A DNA stretch of 64,000 nucleotides from a virus (taxonomy: Duplodnaviria; Caudoviricetes). The translations under genes and the position numbers were made by a program. Where the stretch lies: positions 7,999-71,998 of IMG/VR virus record IMGVR_UViG_3300032247_001802; one strand, given 5' to 3'. Positions within the stretch are counted from its first letter, which is position 1. Every line of letters starts with the position of its first letter. The notes under the pieces were generated by a model, which made no database searches, had not been told where the DNA came from, and saw only the letters and a program-made list of their open reading frames with translations. This document shows, in pieces, positions 1 through 10,300 of this stretch.

Positions 1-2
1 TA

Positions 3-701
3 GATTCTTCTATAAGTGGTGCAAATATTATAAGTGGAGTTTATTTAAATGGAGTTTTTATAACTCCTGGTCAAAATAATTTAAGTGGAATTAACGCTAC
101 AGAAGGTCAGCTATATTTTAGTCAGCCAATCTCAAATCCTACAACAGCATTGAGTGGCAATTATGCTATTAAAGATTATAATATATATTTAACTAGTAAA
201 ACAGAAGAAAATTTATTATTCGAGACTCAATATCAAATTAACCCTAAAACATATCAAAATCCAACTGGATTGCCAATTGGCTCTGAAACATATCCTGTGA
301 TATATTTAAAATATCAAGGTGGTAAAAATAAACCTCTTGCTTTTGGAGGCTTTGATCAAACGGTAGGGAATGTTCGAGCAGTTATATTATCTGATAGTGT
401 ATTTAGTCTTGATGCAGTAACCAGTATAATGAGAGATACTAGTCGAGAATTAATACCATTAATATATCCAAATGAAATGCCCTTTAATTCATTAGGATCA
501 GTAAGTGTTCCAGGCAATAATTTTAATTATATTAAATATACAGCAAATAAAGCTAATACTGATGATTATCTGTATATTAATGAAGTCAATGTTACTAAAA
601 CTGACACAAGGCTACTTAACGCTACCAATAGCTTAAATAGAAATGTATATTCTGCTTTTGTTGATTTTGAGGTAGTAAAAAATAGATATCCAAGGCAATA
701 A
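3..701 (+). CDS. Tail-associated structural protein (tail completion/terminator position), 5'-truncated by the window edge
   Basis: The frame of ORF 150..701 is open back to base 3 (DSSISGANIISG...), so the gene starts before the window; it lies directly upstream of the tail tube gene. Confidence 0.5.
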   Translation, partial: DSSISGANIISGVYLNGVFITPGQNNLSGINATEGQLYFSQPISNPTTALSGNYAIKDYNIYLTSKTEENLLFETQYQINPKTYQNPTGLPIGSETYPVIYLKYQGGKNKPLAFGGFDQTVGNVRAVILSDSVFSLDAVTSIMRDTSRELIPLIYPNEMPFNSLGSVSVPGNNFNYIKYTANKANTDDYLYINEVNVTKTDTRLLNATNSLNRNVYSAFVDFEVVKNRYPRQ

Positions 702-727
702 AAAAAGTAGGAAAAATAAAAAAATCA

Positions 728-734
728 GTGTAAT
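728..734 (+). promoter_or_regulatory. Putative phage late-promoter motif GTGTAAT
   Basis: Intergenic GTGTAAT upstream of the tail tube ATG; the same motif recurs before at least 12 other genes. Confidence 0.6.
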
Positions 735-758
735 AACAATAAATGGAGAATAACTAAT

Positions 759-1907
759 ATGGCAAGAAATCGTATAATTTATCAATCAGAAGCAGTTTAC
801 GCTGGACCAGCCCCAGCAACAGGTTATCACTACGGAACCTACACACCTGGAATCGGTGGAAACAGCAATGTACCAAATGCATCAACAAATCTAGTTGAGC
901 AATTGCAAAGAATTCAAACAGCTAATTATAGTTTTAAAGTAGATCGTACAGATGTTAATCAATTCGGACAATTAGCAGCTATTGATCGTGTAATTTTAAC
1001 AAATCCAACAGTTTCATTAGATTTTAGTTATATCAACTCAAATCTTTCTAATGAATATCTTTTAGGATTTACAATTGCATCTGGAAATAGCGATTCTGCT
1101 ATCTCTGCTATTTCTGGATTCTTGAATAAAACTTCAGATGAAAGAAATTACTTTATTCGCACAACACCAGAAGGTACAGATACAGTAGCGTATACAGATA
1201 ATTCTTCTGGAAATAACGGAGTTATTGGAATCGGTAACGCATTCTTAACATCATATTCAACAGAAGGTTCTGTTGGTAATTTCCCAACAACAACTATTAA
1301 TGTTGAAGGTTTGAATATGAATTTCCAAAATGGAATTAGTGGAAATTTTGTTCCTGCTGTTAATCCTGTTAATGGACAAGGTCTATCAAATTATTATCAA
1401 TTAGATCAAGCTGTTCAAAATGTTGGAATTGGAAGTGGAAATGCAATCAGTGCTTTACGCCCAGGAGATATTACTCTATCATTATACAATTCACTAGCCA
1501 GTGGAGTTGATATAAATACAATGAATATTCAAAGTTATTCATTAAAATTTGATCTTGGTCGTACTCCAATTCAAAGACTAGGAAATAAATTCGCATTCAC
1601 AAGAGAAATTGATTTCCCATTAACAGTAACACTAAGTGTCGATGCTCAAGTTACTACAATGAACGCAGGAAATTTAGCTAATCTTGTAGTTGACGATTCT
1701 GCTTTTTATAGTCCATCAATCACTATTAAAAGCCCATCAGACTCTAATCTAACTATGGCAAAATTCATCCTCAAAGGTGCAAAATTAAATAGTCAAACAT
1801 ATAGTTCTGATATTGGTAAAAATAAAACTGTATCTCTTGAATGGAGTTCACAAGTTGGTGGCCCACAAGACACAGTTAATGGATTATTTATCAACGGACA
1901 ATATTAA
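759..1907 (+). CDS. Major tail tube protein
   Basis: 382 aa, beta-rich, N/S/T/G-rich, with two internally similar halves; SD-like GGAG, late motif upstream, strong terminator downstream; precedes chaperone-like genes and the tape measure gene. Confidence 0.75.
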   Translation: MARNRIIYQSEAVYAGPAPATGYHYGTYTPGIGGNSNVPNASTNLVEQLQRIQTANYSFKVDRTDVNQFGQLAAIDRVILTNPTVSLDFSYINSNLSNEYLLGFTIASGNSDSAISAISGFLNKTSDERNYFIRTTPEGTDTVAYTDNSSGNNGVIGIGNAFLTSYSTEGSVGNFPTTTINVEGLNMNFQNGISGNFVPAVNPVNGQGLSNYYQLDQAVQNVGIGSGNAISALRPGDITLSLYNSLASGVDINTMNIQSYSLKFDLGRTPIQRLGNKFAFTREIDFPLTVTLSVDAQVTTMNAGNLANLVVDDSAFYSPSITIKSPSDSNLTMAKFILKGAKLNSQTYSSDIGKNKTVSLEWSSQVGGPQDTVNGLFINGQY

Positions 1908-1930
1908 TAAATAATACATAATTAAGTTAT

Positions 1931-1966
1931 AAAATAACCCTCACGTTCTCGTGGGGGTTATTTTTT
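1931..1966 (+). terminator. Rho-independent terminator
   Basis: AAAATAACCCTCACG-TTCT-CGTGGGGGTTATTTT stem followed by T-run, just after the tail tube stop; the A-run on the 5' side suggests it may work in both directions. Confidence 0.85.
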
Positions 1967-1973
1967 GTGTAAT
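1967..1973 (+). promoter_or_regulatory. Putative late-promoter motif GTGTAAT
   Basis: Directly after the terminator and upstream of ORF 2012. Confidence 0.55.
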
Positions 1974-2011
1974 TGAAGTTAAGGTAAGGGTTAGATAAAA
2001 GGTAAAAGATT

Positions 2012-2236
2012 ATGGAAAACGATCCTATAAAAGATATGACTCTTTTTCAAATAAAGAGAAAGATTACAAATATATACAAGAATTTCTTTTTTATTCTTGA
2101 AGATTTAGGTGATTCTGGTTATAATATAAATGATGAAACTTATCAAAAAATACGCAAAAGAATCCTTGATAATGCCAATGACGCAGTAAGAGAAATAGAA
2201 GAAAATTTCAGTAAAATCAATATAACACTCAAATGA
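2012..2236 (+). CDS. Hypothetical protein (74 aa)
   Basis: ATG start, AAGG-rich leader, ATGA overlap with the next gene. Confidence 0.7.
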   Translation: MENDPIKDMTLFQIKRKITNIYKNFFFILEDLGDSGYNINDETYQKIRKRILDNANDAVREIEENFSKINITLK

Positions 2237-2508
2237 AAACCAAGAAATTAAATTATAATTTTCCTATAGATGAGATAATTGAAGGAAATCTTTCTGTACA
2301 AAGCATACAAAAAAGCTTAAAAGATAACTTTGGAATTTTAAAGCCAAGCTTAACAACATTTAAAAATCCTAATTTTATTAAAAATTATCAAAACTGGGAT
2401 GACAATAAAAAACACCAATTTATTAAAACAATTGGTGGAGTAGTTTATTATGGTAAAATTAAAAACTATTTACAAGATTTAGTTAATAACAATGGAGAAA
2501 AAATATGA
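2233..2508 (+). CDS. Hypothetical protein (91 aa)
   Basis: ATGA overlaps on both sides. Confidence 0.7.
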   Translation: MKTKKLNYNFPIDEIIEGNLSVQSIQKSLKDNFGILKPSLTTFKNPNFIKNYQNWDDNKKHQFIKTIGGVVYYGKIKNYLQDLVNNNGEKI

Positions 2509-3260
2509 AAACAATGTTTGAATTTGACATTTATCAAGAAAAAGAAATAGAAAAAGTAGATGTTTCTACTAATGAAAAAGGCGAAGAAGTAAAAGTTACT
2601 TCTAAAGTTAAAACTACAGTACCAGTTAAATTAGGTATTAAAAAACCAACAAGAAGCTTATTTGATGAAGCCGAATTGTTCTATGGAGTTAGGCTTTCAG
2701 AGGGAATTAAAGCTGGACTATTAACTCGCGCTTTATTAGCTAAAAGATTTAATAATGATGGTGGAGTTTTAAGTGATGAAGAGCAAAAAGAGTATAATGA
2801 TCTATATTTGGAATTCTTTAATTTACAAACAGAATTTCAAAGATTATCTATAAAAGAAGAAGCACTAAGAACTGATGAAGAAAAGAAGCAAATTCAAAAT
2901 GTTATTGAAAAAATGAATCTTGCAAGAGAAAGACTTCAAAGATATGAAATGGCTCAGGCTAATCTTTTTGAACAAACTGCAGAGAATAGAGCAAGAAATA
3001 AAACTATTATGTGGTGGGTTCTTCAACTTAGCCTTATTCAAGGTGATGATAAAAAATTCAAAGAACTATTCCAAGATGGAACTTATGAAGATAAACTTAA
3101 AAGATACGATGAAATTGAAGAATCTGAAGCTGGAGTAGAAAAAATTGCTATACAAAAACTTCTTTATTTGATCAGCTTTTGGTATATTGGAAGAGCTGCT
3201 TCTCAAGAAGAATTTGAAAAACTTCTTAATAACTTACAAAGTAGCGAAACAAAAGAATAA
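2505..3260 (+). CDS. Probable tail assembly chaperone
   Basis: 251 aa, acidic, helical/coiled-coil; sits between tube and tape measure genes. Call is positional. Confidence 0.45.
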   Translation: MKTMFEFDIYQEKEIEKVDVSTNEKGEEVKVTSKVKTTVPVKLGIKKPTRSLFDEAELFYGVRLSEGIKAGLLTRALLAKRFNNDGGVLSDEEQKEYNDLYLEFFNLQTEFQRLSIKEEALRTDEEKKQIQNVIEKMNLARERLQRYEMAQANLFEQTAENRARNKTIMWWVLQLSLIQGDDKKFKELFQDGTYEDKLKRYDEIEESEAGVEKIAIQKLLYLISFWYIGRAASQEEFEKLLNNLQSSETKE

Positions 3261-3272
3261 AAGGGATAATGA

Positions 3273-4283
3273 TTGCAAACCTTAGACAAAAACAAATTAA
3301 GGCTTTTGTTTATTGATATATTAAAAGGATATTCTTTATCTTATTATAGGGATAATAAATTATACTTCAAGCATAATACTAGTTTTGATTCTGGAGATAT
3401 AGATCAATTAAAACAAGAATTTTTAGAAAAAGCTAAAAAGAATGGTCTTCCTACAGAAGATCAAAAAGAAGAATATTTAATTACAGAAAATCTTTGGTCT
3501 AAAGAAAATAACGAAAAAATTAAAAAATTAAAGTCTGATATCTCTAGTCTAAAACAAACTAAGTCTAAGCTATTTAAAAGTGATGATATAAATGAAATGA
3601 ATAGACAGATTGATGAAAAGAAATTAGAATTAATTAATTTAACAATAGAAAAAAAAGATCTTTTAGGTTTCACTGTAGAAGATTATGCTAACAAAAAAAT
3701 TAATGAATACTATATGTTTAATTCATTATTCAAAGATAAAGATTTAAAAGATAGATATTTTTCTGAACAAGAATTTGATGAGCTAGAGAACAAACAAATA
3801 TCAGAAGTATTAGAAATTTATAATAATATAAATAAAAATTTTATAGAAAATAATCTCAAAAAAATAGCTCTTTCATCATATTATCTAAGTTTATTTAATC
3901 TTTGTGATGAAAATGCTTATAATTTATATGGAAAACCAATTATATATTTAACATTCTATCAAATGGAAGTATTTGGATATGCTAGATATTTCAAAAACGC
4001 ATTATCTGAAGCCAAACATAAACCTAGTGATGAATATTATGAAGATCCAGATAAATTAATTGAATGGCTTGAAAGTAGTAAAAATGTAGAAGAAGTCTTA
4101 AGTAAAAGTGAGAATAATTTAAGTAAAACAGAAGGCGCAATTGCTACTTCTATAGTAGGAGCTAAAAAAGAAGATTTAGCTAAGATAGGTAAAGACGAAA
4201 ATGGTATAAGCTTACATAAAGAAGCTTTGAAAAAAGGTGGAACTTTAAGCATGGAAGATTTAATGAAAATGCATGGAGCTTAG
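3273..4283 (+). CDS. Pre-tape-measure (chaperone-like) protein
   Basis: 336 aa, coiled-coil rich; TTG start with AAGGGA upstream; immediately before the tape measure gene. Confidence 0.45.
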   Translation: MQTLDKNKLRLLFIDILKGYSLSYYRDNKLYFKHNTSFDSGDIDQLKQEFLEKAKKNGLPTEDQKEEYLITENLWSKENNEKIKKLKSDISSLKQTKSKLFKSDDINEMNRQIDEKKLELINLTIEKKDLLGFTVEDYANKKINEYYMFNSLFKDKDLKDRYFSEQEFDELENKQISEVLEIYNNINKNFIENNLKKIALSSYYLSLFNLCDENAYNLYGKPIIYLTFYQMEVFGYARYFKNALSEAKHKPSDEYYEDPDKLIEWLESSKNVEEVLSKSENNLSKTEGAIATSIVGAKKEDLAKIGKDENGISLHKEALKKGGTLSMEDLMKMHGA

Positions 4284-4314
4284 TAGCGAATACTATCATA
4301 ATTAATAATATTTC

Positions 4315-4321
4315 GTGTAAT
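4315..4321 (+). promoter_or_regulatory. Putative late-promoter motif GTGTAAT
   Basis: Intergenic, upstream of the tape measure gene; overlaps an RBS-sequestering hairpin. Confidence 0.55.
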
Positions 4322-4344
4322 TCCTTATAGCAAAGGAATAAGGC

Positions 4345-7300
4345 ATGGCTAGGACTTCAGCTACAATTTCAGTAGGTGCAGATACAAGGCAGCTCGAAAG
4401 AGATATTCAGAGCGCGCTATCTCGTGATTTTAAATTCAAAGGATTTAATGAAAAAGCCTTTACTCAACCTTTAGGACGAATCACTGGTGCTGCAAATGAA
4501 TTTCAAAAATCATTAGATGCATCAAATGCTCGCGTTATTGCATTCGGTGCTAGTGCAGGTTTAATATATACTGTAGAAAAAGCATTTACTTCATTAGTTA
4601 AAAGTACTATAGATGTTCAAAAATCATTAACTGATATTAATGTTATATTAAATGTTAGCACAAAAACTTTAGATCAATTTGGAAATAGTTTGTTTGATAT
4701 TGCTAAAAATACAGGTCAAACTTTTGATGTTGTTGCTCAAGCTGCAACTGAACTTTCTCGTCAAGGTTTAGGATTAGAAGAGACTTTAAAAAGAACTCAA
4801 GATGCATTAATATTAACTCGTCTTAGTGGGCTTGATACTGTAAGTGCCGTAGAAGCTCTTACTGCTACAATTAATAGTTTTAATAAAGCTGGATTAGATT
4901 CAACAGTTATTATTAATAAATTAGCGAATGTTGATGCAGCTTTTGCTGTTAGTAGTGGTGATCTCGCAGAAGCTATTAAACGAGTAGGATCATCTGCGTC
5001 TGATGCAGGAGTTGATTTTGATCAATTGTTAGCAATTGTTACTAGTGTTCAGCAAACTACTGCTAGAGGTGGAGCAGTAATCGGTAATTCTTTAAAGACT
5101 ATTTTTACAAGAATACAAAGAACAGATACTCTGGATCAATTAGAGCAAATAGGAATTAAAGTAAGAGATTTAGAAGGAAATACATTACCAGCAATTCAAG
5201 TATTATCTAATCTTTCTAATACATTTAATCAATTGGGTGATTCACAAAGAGCTCAAGTAGCAGAAACTGTTGGTGGCGTATTTCAAATTAATATTTTAAG
5301 GGCAGCATTAGCAGATCTAGGTAAAGAATATTCTGTTTATGATAGAGCTTTACAAACAGCAAGTAATAGTACTGATCAAGCTATTCAAAGAAATGAAGCC
5401 TTAAATCAAACCCTTTCATCTTTAATTAATCAAACATTTCAAAATTTAACTCGTATTTCTTCAGATATTGGAAAAATAAGCTTAGGACCAACATTTAAAG
5501 GTACTTTAGAATTATTGAATAAAGGATTAGAATCTTTATCTACTGATAGTGAGAGTGTTGGTGGTAAAATTGGTAAAGGAATATTAGAAGGAATTGGAAC
5601 ATTCATCAGTGGTCCAGGGGTCATTTTACTAACCGCAGTATTTGGTAAATTGTTATTAAATTTAGGAAAATTTGCTAGTCAATCTTTACAAACACTTTTA
5701 AATATAAATAGCCAAGCAGAACAAAGAATTCAAATTCAAGCAAAGATAAATGAAGTTCTTGCCCAAGAACCAGGATTAGTCGCTGCAATATATAGTAAAC
5801 AAATTAGTGTTTTAGAGTTAGAAAATAGAATTTTAGATGTTATAAAACTTCAAACATTAGAAAGAGAAAGAGCTGCAACTATATCAACTGCTATTGCTGG
5901 TAATTTAGCTACTCGCGGAGTAACATCTAAGGGCGGATCATTAAAAGCAAAAAGTGCTGGATTCATTCCTAATTTTAGTGCTGCTGAAATTTATGGTGCA
6001 TTAGCTGGAGGATATATGCCAGGAAATATTCGAAAAATGAATATTCCAGGTCAAGGAAATATTACCTATAATAGCGCAGAAACAGTCAAGAATTTTCCAG
6101 GAATGACTCAACCAGCTATTATGCCACCTCAAGGCAGTAAAGCTGGAAAAAATTATCAAAAACAATTTTCTAGCGCTCATGGATTTAATCCTTATATGAG
6201 TAAAGGTTTTATCCCAAATTTTGCAGAAGGAAGAGCAGATGCAGTTAGGTTAGCCGCCCAACGACCTGGAGGATTAAAAAGAATTCCAGGAACTCAAAAA
6301 TTTAAATATGGAGTAGATTCGGCAGGAAACGATTTAACTATATCTGAATCTGAAAAAAATGACATTTTAAGCAGATCTCCCAAAGGTCAAAGAGCAGCGC
6401 GAGCAGCAGGAATTAAACCAGTAGATGCTAGTAATATTGCAAGTGTATTATTACCATTCGTAGGATCTAAAAGAATATTACCTGGACCATATTCACCAAA
6501 AGGTAAATCTGATAAATTTGCAATTAAAAATGTTCCAGTCTATGGAATTAATAGCAAAAAAGTAGAGGGAGATACTTCTGATGATAAGGCAAGATTAGGC
6601 ACAAATATAACTAATAGCATTATAGATGACGTATATAATTTTATAGATACATTAAAACCTTTAGGACAAACTGTAAGTAAAGCAGATTTAAGCCTACGGT
6701 TTCAACGTTCTGGAGAAAAAGGAGCATATGGAGCAGTTCGTGGCGCAGTTGGTTCTGCTTTTGAAGTTGGAATAAAAACAGCATTAGGATATACCGCACA
6801 AGAAACACCAAAAGATTTTGGAGATTTTGATGTTAGAGGAGGAAGAAATTTAATACATTTGCAAAAACTTTTTGGTTTTACAACACCTCTTGCAGATTTT
6901 AAAAGTGGATTATCTGAAGGTAATTTACAAAGTTTTGCAAATAAAGTTTATAGAGAAGAAGGAGCTTTACTTGGGGCAGGAAAATTTTCTACAGCTAAAG
7001 GTAAAAAAGCTTTTGGTGGATTTGTTCCTAATTTTACAGCATTAGATAATGCGATTGGAAGAGAGGTCGCAGCTGGAACATCCACTTCTAGAATAAGAAT
7101 TGGTAAAGACGCAAGATTAACATCTTCTGCAAATCCACTTGGTTTAGGAGTTTATAATACTAAAGATGAACCTAGAGGTCTTGGTCAAGGCATTCAAAGA
7201 TATGGATCAAAAGCTAAAACCGCAGGAGCAGCAGCTGGATTTATTCCTAATTTTGCAGGATTATCATATAATCCTGGAGGTTTAGGCGCACTTGATCCAA

Positions 7301-10300
7301 CAGTTGCAAATAGAGAAGTTGGTGCAGCATTTGGAAAAACATTAGCTCAATTAAAAAAACAAGAAATTACATTACAACAAGCTAATATGAATCTTCAAAA
7401 ATTAAGCGCTGATTATGGATTAACTGCAAACAGTCAAAATAGATTTAATCAAATTCTTCAAAGCAGAGCAACTAAATATGCAGAGAGCGCAAAAAATGCT
7501 GCTCTTGCGCTAGATAAATCTAAAACAACTTTTGAAACCATCAGCAAATATGGTTTAGCATTATCTATAGCTTTGCCAATCGCTACTCAAACAGTAAGTC
7601 AATTTAATGAAAAAAATAAAAAAGCACAAGTTGCTTTAGATGCATTTGGTACATTCTTAAGTATTACTGCTGCTGGTTCATTACTTGGAGCGCCTGGAGC
7701 AATAGTAGCAGGAGGAATTGGCGCGGGAATAGCAACTGCTCAGGTTTTCAAAGGATTGAAAGATATTAAACTTGCAGGTCTTGAGCAAGATTTGCAAGTT
7801 GTAGTTGATAGATATAATGACACTTCAACATCTTTAACTAAAGTTTTACCATTATTAGAAAAATATAAAGAAATTCAATCTTCAAGTTTACCAGATATTC
7901 AAAAAACAGAAGCTTTAGCGGATATTCAAAATCAACTTACTGAAAACTTAAGTAAAGCTGGTCCAGCGATTGTAGAAGGTGTCACACAAGCTTTAGCAAA
8001 ACAAGACTGGACTCAAGCAGCATACAATATAAATAAAGGCGTAACACAAGCTGGAGCAGAAGCAACGAATGAAGGTATAACAACATTATTTAAAAAATTA
8101 CAAGTAGAAGGAGAAGTGGCAAAAGGTAATAAAGTTTTAGCTTCAGGAATTGCCAAAGGAGTCACTGGGTTAGTAACTTCTTCTGGAAGAAATATTATTC
8201 AAGAATTTGCTAGTAAACCAGAAAATCTTCCAATACTAGAAAATACATCAAAAGATTTATATAGATTATTAACTGCAAGAGGAAAACTCGAAAAGGGTCA
8301 ATCTTTAAATAGAACAAAGATACAAGAACTTAGTTATAACCTAAGCGCAGAAAACCCTGAGCTTCAAAGACAAGTCGCAAAAGATATCGAAGAGACAGAT
8401 ATTTTATTGAAAACAAATTTACAAAATATTTTAAAAACAATTCAGCCATTGTATCAAGCTACAGAAGAAACTAGAGCTAAATTTGAAGAATTATCTATGC
8501 GAGCAAGTGGAGTAGGAGCAGGCACAGAAGAAGCTGATATAATAATTAAAGATATAAAACAATACATAGATAGCACCAGAAAAACTGCAAAAAAAATTGA
8601 TTATGCCTTAAAAACAGATGGAATAAAAGATGTTGCAACGTATATTGCTGCTTTTAAAAGTGGAAAATTAAATGCAAAAGATGCTCAAAAATATTATAAA
8701 GAATTTATATTTGCAAATCAAGACCCAATGGATGTTTTAGCTAAAAATCAAGATGCTTTAAATATGAGTGTTCAAACTACATTTTTAACTCGAAGCAGTC
8801 AAGATAAAGTAATAGAGCAATTAACAGTAGAAGAAGATAAACTAAGACAAAAACTAACAAATAGACAAATAACAGAAGACCAATATAATAAAGCTCTTGA
8901 AGGATTAAAAGATAAAATAATTCTTGAACAAAGAAAGCGAGGAACAATTTTTGCAGAAGATTTTAGAAGTGGAAGACAGCAAACTAGAGAAGCAAATGCG
9001 TTAGCTAATGAAACAAAATTATCAGATTTTGCTGGAGCATTTTTTGATGAATTTGATAATAGTGCTGCTGATTCATTTAGACAAGCTCAACTAGGCGCTA
9101 AAGATACTGCTAATACAATTAAAAGTGAATTCAATAATGCCTTCTTATCTTTTGCTAATGGAACAGCTACAGCTAGTGATGCTTTCACAAAAATGGCTCT
9201 TAATATTAGTGACAAAATACAACAATTGGCTATTGAATTTAGTACAAATCAAGTTTTTGGTGCGCTTTTTGGTACTACTAGTAATGTATTTGGTAAAGTA
9301 GGTGGAGGTGGTGGAGGTATTGGAGACTTTTTTAGTTCTTTGTTCAAATCAAAAGGTGGAATTATTAAAGGTTATTCCACAGGAGGACATGTTCTTGGCG
9401 GATCAGGAAATAAAGATGATGTTCCAGCTATGTTAAGCGGTGGAGAATATGTTATAAGAAAAAATGCAGTTAAAAAATATGGTCCAGAATATTTGCAAAT
9501 GTTAAATGAAGGAAAAGTTGGAAAACACTTTGATGGAGGAGCTTTTGGCCAGATGAGTGGTGGGGTCACTGGGACCTTAACGATAGCTAACCTTGGGCCT
9601 CAGCACGATCCAACCTCTAGTAGCTATATAGGTCCGAGATCATTTTTTGCAGCTCCTCTTGTAGCGGGCATGAACAGAAGAGAAAATAATTATTTTAAAT
9701 ACGGTGGAAGAGTCCAAAGATTCGCAGCTGGAGGAGAAACTTCGTATCTTGGAACAAATGTTTATAGATATAACGATCCTCTTTACCCAACCGCTGGACA
9801 AGAACTTTTTAGTTCAAATTTAAGTGGGCGAGCTGTTACTGATCCAAATAATCCTCAAAATAGAATTAGGCAAGATAGAGAAAAAGCGTTATATGATTAT
9901 TTGAATTATGTTGAAGGAGTTAGATTAGAAAATGAAAGAGCATTACAAGAAAATATAGCTCTAAATAAAAAAATTCAAGATGAATACAATCAACAAAAAA
10001 GTGCAAAAAGTAGAGGCGCATGGATGAGCTTCGGTTTTGGTCTTCTTGGAGCAGGAGCAAGTCAATTTTCATCAATGGGAGGATTTGGAGGACTTGGAGG
10101 AGCAGGTGAAAAAGCATCTAATCAAGTTGGTTTGAGATCACCTTATGTTTCTCCATCTCTTGGTACATCTCCAGCGCCAAATCCATCTGCAAGACTAAAA
10201 GTAGGTAAAGCTATGGGAGGATATATTAGAGGTTTTGCAAATGGTGGGTCAAGTGGTAAAGATGATATTCCAGCTCTTTTAATGGGCGGTGAATTTGTAA

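Noticed and set aside
3200-3290. Lambda G/GT-type programmed frameshift between the two chaperone-like genes
   Set aside because: The two ORFs are in the same frame, separated by TAA..TAA TGA, so a -1 slip would not join them; no canonical slippery heptamer is seen.
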